Shown piece by piece: positions 39,207 through 50,132 of a stretch of 64,000 nt of DNA; the stretch's first letter is position 1; every line of letters starts with the position of its first letter. The notes under the pieces were generated by a model. The model made no database searches. It was not told the DNA's origin and saw nothing but the letters and a program-made list of their open reading frames with translations. The translations under genes and the position numbers were made by a program. Location of the stretch: positions 5,630,066 through 5,694,065 of the forward strand of contig OZ316896.1 of the NCBI GenBank assembly GCA_973895155.1. The letters are read 5' to 3'. The DNA comes from Marsupella aquatica. Its lineage: Eukaryota; Plantae; Marchantiophyta.

Positions 39207-39397
39207 ATATCCCCCTTGACTCTGGTCTAGGGGAGGGTAAAGACTGCTACCAATATGATTGCTCAGCGAGAAGTTTTGGAAAGAAAAACCAAACCGGTTT
39301 TTCCCTCTTTATACGAGAGTAGATCAGAACTAAGCCGTAGCCTATACAAGGAATGAGTAAGAGCATATCTCAGTATCTACACAAATGTTAAGTAACC

Positions 39398-42300
39398 CTA
39401 CTTGTGAGGCAATTGCAAAACCTGCAACGCATCACGGTGTCTAGAAAAACTCTCCAAAGGAATCACTTTGGTAAAAGCGTCAGCCGGGTTGAGTTTACCG
39501 TCAATCTTGACTAGCTCAAACATATTATCAGACACAGCTTGCCTGATAAAATGATACTTGACATCAATGTGCTTCACTCTACTGTCCATCACCTGGTTCA
39601 CAGCAAAGTGAAGCGCACTCTGACTATCACAATGGAGCTTCACATTCCCCTATGGCAATCCCATTTCAGTGATTAGTCTATCCAACCAAATCGCTTCCTT
39701 TGCTGCTTCCGCTGCTGCAACATACTCCGCTTCTGTAGTAGACTGAGCAATACACCTCTACAAGGTAGACCTCCAACTTATGCATCCACCTCCCAGTGTG
39801 AACACATAACCTGTTGTTGACCTCCTCCGATCCAGATCCTGTGCATAGTCAGCATCTATATAGCCCATCAATGATCTAGCATTATCAGCATGTGCATCAA
39901 ACAGTAGACCATGATCCACGGTACCCTTCAAATACTGAATAATCCACTTCACTGCTTCCCAGTGTACCTTCCCTGGATTTGACATGTACCTGCTCACCTT
40001 GCCCATAGCCATGGCAAGATCAGGTCTAGTACAAGTCATCAAAATACATGAGACTCCCCACTGCCTTGTCATACGGAACCTTTGACATCAACCCCTTTTC
40101 TGTGTCATCCGTAGGACAGAAAGCTGATGACAACTTGAAGTGTGGAGCCAACGGGGTACTTACTGACTTGCTATCCCCCATGTTGAACCTTGCAATTACC
40201 TTCCTTGCATAACTGCCCTGCGTCAACCATAGCTTACCAGCCTTCAAGTCCCTAGTGATCTCCATACCCAAAATTCTCTTAGCTGGCCCTAAGTCCTTCA
40301 TCTTAAACTCTGCACTAAGCAGTGCTTTGAGCTTAACAATCTCAGACCTATCCTTGGCCACAATAAACATGTCATCCACATAAAGTACTAAAACAATGAA
40401 CCCAAAAACAACATTCTTCACCGGTTTAAGATACACACATGGGTCAAACACACTCCTGTGAAAGCCTTGTGCATGGATCCAATCATCAAACCACTTATTC
40501 CATTGTCTTGGTGACTGCTTCAACCCGTACAAGGATCTCAGCAATCTGCAAACCAAATCCTCTTGCCCTTTCTTCACAAAACCTAACGGCTATCTCATGA
40601 AGATCAACTCTTCCACGGTGCCATAGAGGAAAGCTGTGACAACATCCATCTGATCTAGCAGCAGACCAAACATAACAACAAGCACACACAATAGCCGTAT
40701 TGTTGAGTACTTAGCAACTGGTGAGAAGATCGACCTCATTGTAATCCACACCTTTTTCCTGTGTGAATCCTTTGGCTACCAACCTAGCCTTGTAGACCTT
40801 CGATCCACCTCATGTGGACTGATTCTTCAACTTGTATATCCACTTGCAATCCACCACTTGCTGTCCCTCAGGCAGCTTGACAAGCTCCCAAGTTTTGTTG
40901 TCCTTCAGTGACTGCATCTCCGTTTGCATTGCTACAGTCCACTCCTGCTTCTCCTTTGAAGCACTTGTTTCATGAAATGAAGAAGGTTCCCTTTCTTCCA
41001 AAATCAACGCATCACCCTCATCATCAGTAAAAAAGTCCTCCTCTTGCAACTGAGATGAATTAACCCATTGTCCATACCTTGGTGGAGCGCGTACAGTGCG
41101 ACCAGATGTTCTTCTAGCCGATGACTCCGGTTGATCTGCGTGTGCTGGTATAATTTGAAGCTCAGCAACATCCACTTGCTACTCACCAGCATCAACAAAC
41201 TCCTCTGGTTCCTCTGGCACAGGAACCAACTCCATAATTGGAGCAACTCCTTCTCTCCGGTCATGCACCTCATGACCAATCTTCCCCTCAACAAGATCCA
41301 GGATAGGAGATTTTTCTTTGTCAGCACGGGAGACCTGAGTATTCTCCCCCTCTTTCAATAATCTGGATTCATTGAAGGAAACATCCCTACTGACAACGAG
41401 CTTACAGGCAATAGGATCCCATAGCCTATAGGCTTTCACACCACTCTGGTACCCAAGAAAAACACATTTCTTGGAGGTAGGATCCAACTTGGTCCTATTC
41501 TGCTTCGGTGTGAGAGCATATGCATCACTTCCAAAAACTACCAAGCCATGATAGTCTGCTTGCCGCTTATAGCGCATCTCAAACGACGTTTTGAAATTGA
41601 TAGCACTAGAAGGAGAAAGATTTATCAAATAAGCTGCGGTATTCACAGCTTCTGCCCAAAATTCCTGTGGTAAACCTGATTGGCTCAACATACTCCGTGA
41701 CCGCTCCAATAGTGTCCGATTGAGCCTTTTAGCGACACCATTCTACTGCGGAGTATAAACTATGGTGAGATGACGAGTTATCCCCTGTTCTGAACAGTAC
41801 TCTTCAAATTCCGTTGAAGTGTACTCCCCGCCGTTGTCTGACCTTAGACTCTTCACCCTTGTATCCAAACACTTGATTGTATTTTCAGTCTGATTCTCCA
41901 TCTAGGCCTTCCACTTCTTAAAAATGGATAAGACGTCAGACTTATGCGTCATGAAATGAATCCACACAAATCTTGAGTAATCATCAATAAATGATACATA
42001 GTACAACTTTCCAGAATGTGAGGAAGTCGGGGATGGATCCCACACGTCACTATGTATGTACTCAAGAACCGCTTTAGAATTATGAGTTCCAACACCGAAA
42101 GCACAACGATGCTGCTTTCCAAGAATGCAATGCTTACAAAACTCTAATTTACAAGATTGCAAATCAGAAATGAGTCCATTCTTCCGTAAGATAGCCAAAC
42201 CCTTCTCACTCATGTGGCCTAACCGTGAATGTCACAGTTGAGTCATCTCCTCGTGAGACTTGGTTACATTGGCCTCTCCACATATAGTATTGCCCTGTAA

Positions 42301-43715
42301 CACATACAAATTCTTCTGTCTGCTCCCCTTCAAAATCACTGTCTCTCCCGACCTGACTTGAAGTTCACCATCAATAACGCTCCATTGATGACCATTTGAA
42401 TCCAACACACCGAGTGAAATCAGATTCTTACGCATGTCAGGTACATACCTGACTTCGGACACTGTGCGCACAGCGCCATCAAACATTTGAATCTTCACAG
42501 ACCCAATTCCCTCAATTTGATAGGAGTGATCATTTTCCATCAGAACTGAACTGTTTGAAACAGAGTAAGAACTGAAAAACTCACGAATGTAACAAATATG
42601 AAAAGAGCAAGCACAATCAAGAATCCACACATCATCTACTCCCCTAGATGACGTGCACAGGGCATACCCCCGGCTTCATAAAACATACTCATCATTGAGT
42701 AAATCAGCTTCTCCATCAAGCCTAGCCACATTTGTCGATGAAGATTCCGCTGCCTTTCCCTTACAGTCTCGCTTGAAGTGTCCAACTTGGTTGCACTTCC
42801 AACATGTCACTTGCCTCCTCTGAGGGGATTTACCCCTGGACTTAGATCTGGATTTAGATCTAAACTGGGTTCTACGGTCTCCAGTTGGTCGTTGCATACT
42901 CCTCCCACGGTTAATATTGAGGGCAGCACCAGATGATGAAGGCTGTGACGTGATGTACATCTTCTACTGAAGATCATCACTAAGCAGAGAACTTACCACG
43001 TCATTGTATGAAATGGTATCCCTATCACGATACAACAACACTCGTGATAGGGACTGGTAAGATGGAGGCAATGAACTGAGAAGCTGCAGAGCCTTCGTCT
43101 CATCATTCAAAGTCTCCCCAAGATTTTCCAAGTCAATGACCATGTCGTTGAAAGCATCCACATGGTCTTGTAACTTTGTACCAGATTCCTTTATCCTGAA
43201 ACTCATCAGTTTGTAGGAAGTGTAGAGCCGGTTTGATAACTCCTTGCGGTGATACTTGCTCTGCAATTCCGCAAACAAGGACATGCAATCCTTATGTGCA
43301 CCCAACTGCTTGATGATGGGAGGCATGAGATAGAGTGTAACAACCACACTCCCTGCTCCTGCATGCGGTCCCATTGTTTCTCATCAACATCATCTTCACG
43401 AGGGCTCAGCAGTTGGCCCATCCCTGACGCATAGAGCACTCCCTTCACCTGCTTCTCCCATAGCAAGTAGTCAGAGCGCCCATCATACTTTGTCACTTCA
43501 TACTTGGGACCCCCAAGCTTGAAAGTCCCCATCTTCTTCTTTGGCACTACTGTGAGCTCTAGTAGTAGTACTGCTTCCTCCACCACACGCCGCACCAATG
43601 ATGGTACCGGTGTCACGTGCTCTTCCTCCTGCTCCTCTCTCTGTCCCTCTAACCACCGCGGTGATCCTCGTGCTTCAAGTTCCACGTCTTCAAAAAACTC
43701 CTCCGAATCACTCAT
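39398..43715 (-). pseudogene. gag-pol: Copia A gag-pol, with multiple stops and frameshifts
   Basis: YDGRSDYLLW (gag), CWKCNQVGHFKRDC (zinc knuckle), WILDCAC (protease), CKHC...IHSDVW...FIDDYSR (integrase), LYGLKQSPRQW and LYVDDM (RT), CDSQSA...KHIDVKYHFIR (RNase H). Confidence 0.95.
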
Positions 43716-45251
43716 ATGAGAAAATCACAAAAAATATCATTTTTCAACCTTCTCAAAAAACTTGAAACTCAACACCGCCGCGTAGCCCACAAAGCTAGGA
43801 GTCCAATGCTGAAAACCAAAATCAAAATCAAAATTTGACGGAAGAGTTATTCAAATTTCGGTCGGGGTGGGTAAAACCTTGGGAAACTCCCCCGTTTTGA
43901 CCACCTCAAGGAATAACCAAAATACCAAGTACAACTCGTCGTCGGAATCGCGATGTGATCGGTGCGCCGCGTTGCCAACTTCAATGGCTACGACCTCGCC
44001 GAAAAAGAACCAAAAAAGTTACCGTTTGGCGGACGGAATCTTTGTCGGATGGCCAAAAAACAACTCTCTGTTTTTTGGGAATATTCTCGCACAGTCCGAC
44101 AGGTCTCACAGGGGGCCGTTCCCCCTGTCTAAGCGGTTAAAATGGAGGGTCACAGGGCCCAGGATGCGGCACAACCAATGAGGAGGAAGAGAAAAAAATA
44201 AAAATAAAAATAAAAATCAGAAAAAACACTTTAAAGGGGTCTTAAAGCCCCTGGAAAAGGCGCACGTATTCGCAGCCACGCGCGCGTATTCGTGACCAGA
44301 ATCGCGTATAAACTGCCAAAAAACGTGAAAAAACGGGTTTAAAGGGGTCAAAACGTGCGTATTTTTGCATATTCGGGCCGTATAAGGGCGTTTTGGGCCG
44401 TATTTTCACCAGAAAAAGCACATTTTCGCGCTTAAAGGGGTGTGGGAGGCCGGGGCGTGCGCCGGGGCATATGGCGAAGTAGGTTTGTCGGGATTTGAAG
44501 GTATACAGGCCATATGGGGGCAAAAAAATGCCCTAAACTAACCTTAAAATGTGCCAAAAAATGACACAAAGGCAGTGTTACAAACCTCAGGTGCCTCCGC
44601 TTTGGTTTCCAATGAGAAAAGTGATGACTGCCGACATGAAATATTGCCAAATTGCACCGGCACGTCTGCAGCTCCACCAGAGAAGAGAAAACCTCCGCCG
44701 TGTCTTACTCTCTCCGCGTCAAGGGCCAATCTCGGACTCGAAACGATCGCCTCACCACGATCTCTCCGTTGAGCCTCAGCACTTCGCGTTTCTTCCTCCA
44801 AGACAAGCGTCACGACGAGTAATCCGGTTCAGGGAAAAACAAGCACCATAGCTTGTCAAAAAACCAGAACTCAACTTTCACTCGTCACGACGCACTCGCT
44901 CCACAAACGCCAGCAAACCAGGTACCAAAACGACCAGCTCGCTTCAACCTTCAACTTGAGCTATAACATGCGATGCCTCCCGCACCGCACAGCTCACACC
45001 GTTGAAAAAAAAATCTCTGGTCTCTCTCCCGAAATCCCGTCGAACACGAATAAACCCTGAATGATGCAAACTTCAATTCCTCCGCACCACGGATACCGAT
45101 CAGCAAGTTCTAACCACCGTTAGAAAGCCCTCTCACTAACCTATTCGCTCAGCCACACACATTCGAGTTTCATGCGACGAAACCCCAAATGCAACACCAA
45201 TAATGAATGCTGGAAAACCGTCACGAAAAAACCTCGTCACCTCCCAGACAT

Positions 45252-45263
45252 GCTCTAATACCA
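45252..45263 (-). promoter_or_regulatory. Primer binding site, tRNA-iMet type
   Basis: Minus strand TGGTATTAGAGC, one mismatch to the canonical TGGTATCAGAGC, 2 nt from the LTR. Confidence 0.9.
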
Positions 45264-45265
45264 TT

Positions 45266-45610
45266 TGTTGAGCATAGACGACAATCGCAAAGGCAAGCCC
45301 ATGAACCATCCAACGCACAAGAGTCAACACAGAGAGATACGTGGTTCACCTCCTTATGAGGCTACGTCCACGGGAACACACGAGAGCTTTACTGCACTCT
45401 AGGCCGATCGCCATTCCAAGCATCCACAACGCAAGCTCTCTCTATCTCTCAACTAGCTCCGTAACAATGAGCCTGAGTTTCCCCTCACCAAAGCAAACAC
45501 CGCTTGGTTATAGAGTGTGCACAACATGACTAACCTAACCAAGTCTACGACTAAGATTAGCCTTAACTACGGTACAGTCGTAACTCTAGACCTAAGAGTA
45601 AATCCTAACA
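45266..45610 (-). repeat. 5' LTR of copia A (345 bp)
   Basis: TGTTG...TAACA ends, followed on the minus strand by the PBS. Confidence 0.96.
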
Positions 45611-46234
45611 GGCTCCACTACCACGAAGTGAGAGAAATGATGCTGAAAAACATGAATGCATAGCCTCTTAAGTTCTCCTCATGTTCTCGGGGGTCTCACT
45701 CCGCAAAAATCTCATATCACGTGCGACGAAGTATAGGGTCCGTTAATTGGGTTTCTCGGAAGACTTAAGAAGATTTGTGTAAGAACAATAGGGCCAACTT
45801 TATATGTTGGACAACTTGTAAGAATAATAGGGATATTAATATTTTTGACTTTGTAGATGGAAGGCATACAAAGAAGTTAGGGGGTCTTTGTGTCGGACTA
45901 TGTAAAGTACACGTGTCACTATGTCATTGGTACACGTGGCACACATAACATTCCCAATATATTTTCCTAATTTTTCTAATATGTTAACATGGCAAGAATT
46001 TGAGAATGATCTGGTTTTATGGGGACTCACGTTTAGGGTTTGACCAGGATTAAGTTTGAAATTTTTCTGTTTAACGTGTCTCGTTTACCTCAATTGGCCC
46101 TTGTCAGTCTCCTCCCGTGTCGTTTCCCTCCACTGTCCCTTTGGCCCCACCCGCTCTTTGCCTCAACAGAGTCTCTTTTGTTTGTACCTTGCAGCAAATG
46201 GTCTAAACGGGGTCTAAACCAGTTGTGCTCCTGC

Positions 46235-47015
46235 TTGGAGTGAAGGTCGGATCGAGCGAGAGTGTGCTCTCGACTACACTGTTGCTGGAGTGAAGGATCG
46301 ACTCCTGTTGTGCTCTCGACTGCACTGCTGCTGCGGCTGGAGTGAAGGATCGAGCTGCATTGCTGCTGCGGCTGGAGTGAAGGATCAAGCTACGGCTGGA
46401 GTGAAGGATCGAGCTGCGGCTGGAGTGAAGGATCGAGCTGCGTTGCTGCTGCGGCTGGAGTGAAGGATCAAGCAAGATTTCTCGGAGAAGGATCGAGCTG
46501 CGTTGCTGCTGCGGCTGGAGTGAAAGATCAAGCAAGAGTTCTCGGCGAAGGATCGAGCGAAGGAGTGAAGGGGAGAGCGAGAGTGAAGGGGAGAGCGAGA
46601 GTTCTCGGCGAAGGATCGAGCGAAGGATCGAGTGAAGCGCTGCTACTTGGAGTGAAGGGGAGAGCGAGAGTGTTGCGCTCTCGGCTGTGCTGCTGCCGTT
46701 GCAGCTTGAAGTGAAGGATCGACCAAGAGTTCCTGGCTGCGCTGCTGTTTAGAGTGAAGGGAAGAGCGAGACATCTCAGCTGCGCTGCTGCTTAGAGTGA
46801 AGGGGAGAGCGAGACTTCTCAGTTGCGTGCGCTGATTAGAGTGAAGGGGAGAGCGAGACTTCTCAGTTGCGTGTGCTGATTAGAGTGAAGGGGAGAGCGA
46901 GACTTTGCAGCTGCGCTGCTGCTTGAAGTGAACCCGGGAGTGAAGGGGAGAGCGAGACTTTGCAGCTGCGTTGCTGCTTGAAGTGAACCCGGGAGTGAAG
47001 GATCGAGCAAGAGTG
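46235..47015. repeat. Complex subterminal tandem array inside the P-like element
   Basis: More than 20 copies of (g)gagtgaaggatcga / gagtgaaggggagagcgaga cores interspersed with gctgctgc tracts. Confidence 0.9.
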
Positions 47016-48247
47016 TTGCGCTCCGGGAGGTGGGTGTCGAGAGTGTTGCATTGCTGCTTTCTAAAACGGGAGCTGCTAGCTTGCTGAAACGGGAGGTGGC
47101 TACTGTAGGGAGTGTTGCAATATCTCAAACCGGAGTGCCAGGATTGGAGCTGCATTGCTGCGTTGCTCAATCGGGAGGTAGGCGCTGCCTACTTTGACGA
47201 TCGTACTTGCTTGCTTGCTACTATTTGACGCCCAAATCTATCACGCATGGCACACCTAGAGTCGATCTGGTAGCGGTCATAGACGAGAAGCACCTGATCT
47301 GCCCGTTTAGCTTTTCAGCTATAAAATTCCTGTTCTGAGCTCCGTGAATGGCGATAAGCTCTTTGAGTATTTTGTCCTCCAGAGCTCGCCATGCCCTCGC
47401 AGATAAGGTTTGGAGCCACTGCTGAGATCCAGCTCCAACTTCCCAGCCGAATACTAGCTCAGTATTGTCATCATTTGTCTCGACGTTGTCCATACTCATC
47501 TCTCCTTCTGTGTCTGCATCGACGACTTGACGCACATGTTTTTTGGATGCATCGTTAGAGTAACCGCGAGTACAGGTCTCCAATGATTGCACTTGCCATG
47601 ATTGACCACCTTACATGATCTCCATCCGTGGGCTGGACCCCAGGAAAAAAATCTTGTAACTTGACTTCTGTCGTCCCCCACACACCCGCACAAATCTGGT
47701 TCTCTATTACATGCCTTGGTGTCCCGTTGGCTGGTTCCTGCAATTTTCTTTAAGTCATCTAGAAGAGAAGACTTCTTTAAGTGTTTACTCAGCCAGGGGG
47801 GACCACAGCCTCCAGCCATACTGGGTGGCGGGCCTGGTCAAGACGTGGATGACGCTCGTGCTTGATTTTAAATTCTCTTTTGTTTCTCAAGCTTCTGGGC
47901 AAGGGCATTACCATTCTGGATTCTGAACTTGATCCTATTCAGGTTAGCTATTCAGGTCTGTTGAGCGATTGGGTTATTATTTTATTGCTGTAGTAACATG
48001 CATGGCCAATTGGTTGTCTTCATGTAATGGGAAGTTTTTGAAACTTAGAAATTGAATGGTGGTTTCAATTTTGTTCACAGGTTGCAAAAGGAATTGTAGA
48101 GGTTGTCATCAGCGCTTGCAGCAGTGAGCACCAACACTTGCGGTGAAGCAGTTTGCTAGAACACATAGGGTACCTAGTGAATTGTAAGTTGCCTGTCATT
48201 GCACGTCTAATCGTCTGGCCATTCACCGAGTATAAAAAAATAGTGCC

Positions 48248-48646
48248 ATGGCTATATTGGGCATTACATTAGAAGCGAATTATGAGAAGCTCCTTCTGCA
48301 GCATCCAGATGAATGCTGCTGGTGTGAACCTTGTGTCAAGTGCAGGGTTGGTGATGGGAATTTTGAATGGTTCCATTGCTTCTGCTTGAAAATGCGTGGA
48401 AGGCTTGTTACTAGGACATACATGGGAAAGCATGGCAAAGTTGTCACACGTCGTTGGAAGTGCTCTTGTATAAGGCCAACCATTTGGCCTCAAAATGAGT
48501 GTCTTTTACGCAAGATTGTCATCCCGGACACGCTTGACATTGTAGTCCCTGATAGTATTCCACATTCAACTGAGCTTGATATTGTAGCCCCAGATAGTAT
48601 TCCAGATCAAGCTAAGGTTACAACCCATGGATGCTTGACATTGTAG
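48248..48646 (+). CDS. Small ORF with an ING-like PHD-finger pattern and a short acidic repeat (132 aa)
   Basis: CCWC...VKC...EWFHCFCL...WKCSC resembles the C4HC3 PHD with the ING-type EWFH motif, though ligand spacing is imperfect. LDIV(V/A)PDSIP is repeated. Confidence 0.5.
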   Translation: MAILGITLEANYEKLLLQHPDECCWCEPCVKCRVGDGNFEWFHCFCLKMRGRLVTRTYMGKHGKVVTRRWKCSCIRPTIWPQNECLLRKIVIPDTLDIVVPDSIPHSTELDIVAPDSIPDQAKVTTHGCLTL

Positions 48647-48962
48647 TCCCTGATAGTACATGGATGCGTTGTTCATATATGACTAGGCCTTTGTTTGCAA
48701 GGCTGCAATTGTACCATCCATGATATATGAGAATATTTTTCATTCCCATTATGTGGCAAAGTTTTGCAAGCTGGCATTGTATTTATGTATGTCTTGGTTG
48801 GTGGGTGTTCAGGTTGCACTGTGTAGTTGACTTCATCTGGGAGGGAGGTTTGCAGATCATTGGAGCAGGTGCTATGATTAACCTTATCTTTGTCTATGGA
48901 TTGCTCACTATCATCATGTCCCCCTCATATGTGATGTGCTTTGTGATGATTGCAGTTGAACC

Positions 48963-49637
48963 ATGCCGACAAGGACTTCAAACATAAAGAAAGCAACACA
49001 GTCCTCTGACAGAGGAGCCTCTTTGGAAGAGGTATTGCATATTCCGTTGTTCTCTGAGCAAGAGATTCTACAAACTAGCCCTCATGTTTGTGCAATTTGT
49101 GAGCATGGTGGGAAGTTGGTAATTTGTGATGGGCCATGTCACAGGCAATTTCATTATGTGGTTGGAGATGAAGCCCCTAATGACTCTTGCCCCTGTGTAG
49201 TCCTTCCCCTCCATCATGGAGGGAAGCCATGGTTTTGCCCAAATTGTAACCAGGACCAGGCCATGTGTTATGGGTGCCGCACTGTGGGACCGTCACCTAC
49301 AATTGTGCGAAAATGCTCTGATCGTTTTTGTGTACGATTTTATTGCTTTGGGTGTTTGGTAGCTGATGCAAAGTCCTGCCCACTGCATACATGTGTGACA
49401 TGTTATCAGAGTCTTGAGGGTCAGATGGTCAAGAACATGGTACAATGTCTACGATGTCCAAATGCCTGGCATACAGATTGTCTCCAGATGATCAAAAGCA
49501 AAGGGTTCGCTCATGATAGGGACATCTGGGACCATGAAGCACATGGACAACAGCGACAGATGTTTTATTGCCCCCGTCATCCTATTGATCCACACCTCAA
49601 GACTCCAATCAGGGACCACATTTCATGGCTCCAGTGA
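48963..49637 (+). CDS. Stand-alone EDM2-type (NSD-like) composite PHD-finger protein, 224 aa, uninterrupted
   Basis: VCAICEHGGKLVICDGPCHRQFH...WFCPNC...CYGC...C...C.RFYC..C...CPLHTCVTC...CLRCPNAWH..CL...RQMFYCPRHPIDPHLKTPIRDH follows the plant EDM2 PHD region as I recall it (CAICDNGG...FCPNC...CPLHKC...CRRCPKSYH...LIYC..H.ID..L.TP.RDH). Confidence 0.85.
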   Translation: MPTRTSNIKKATQSSDRGASLEEVLHIPLFSEQEILQTSPHVCAICEHGGKLVICDGPCHRQFHYVVGDEAPNDSCPCVVLPLHHGGKPWFCPNCNQDQAMCYGCRTVGPSPTIVRKCSDRFCVRFYCFGCLVADAKSCPLHTCVTCYQSLEGQMVKNMVQCLRCPNAWHTDCLQMIKSKGFAHDRDIWDHEAHGQQRQMFYCPRHPIDPHLKTPIRDHISWLQ

Positions 49638-50132
49638 TCTGAATAATGAACAAACCTATTACTTAGGTTTCAACGTCTTAGTGGGGTATGAGCAAGGCAC
49701 ATACTTAAGGTGCATCATGGGTGGTAGTACCCAATTTTATTAGTGTTGACATTTTGTCATAATTAAGGTCACTAATAGTGCTGCATTTTGATGAGCAGAA
49801 GCACTAAACTTCGGGAATTGTTAGAAAAGCAGGTGAAAAGGATATTTTGTCCAAAGATATTTTATCCAACTTTAGCGGTATATCATGATTTTCACTGAAT
49901 ACATTTGCATGTATGATGGATTGCATTATAAAGTGTTTTGGCCTATTAGCACTTCTATTGTTAAATGTATGCTGACATTATGTACATTACATGAGAATGT
50001 GTATGTTGTCATTGCATCTCTTGAAGATCCTAATGTGTTTCCCTTGTGTGTATTTCAAATGTATTTGTGCAGGTCTTTCTGTTATCAACTCCAAAAGCAA
50101 TGGTGCTATGCATGTTCTAGATTTGTATTGCA

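Larger units (their letters stand above)
38863..45610 (-). mobile_element. Full-length Ty1/copia LTR retrotransposon (family A), inactivated
   Basis: Paired TG...CA LTRs, a perfect TSD GGCTC (38858-38862, 45611-45615), PBS, PPT, and gag-PR-IN-RT-RNaseH order. Confidence 0.97.
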
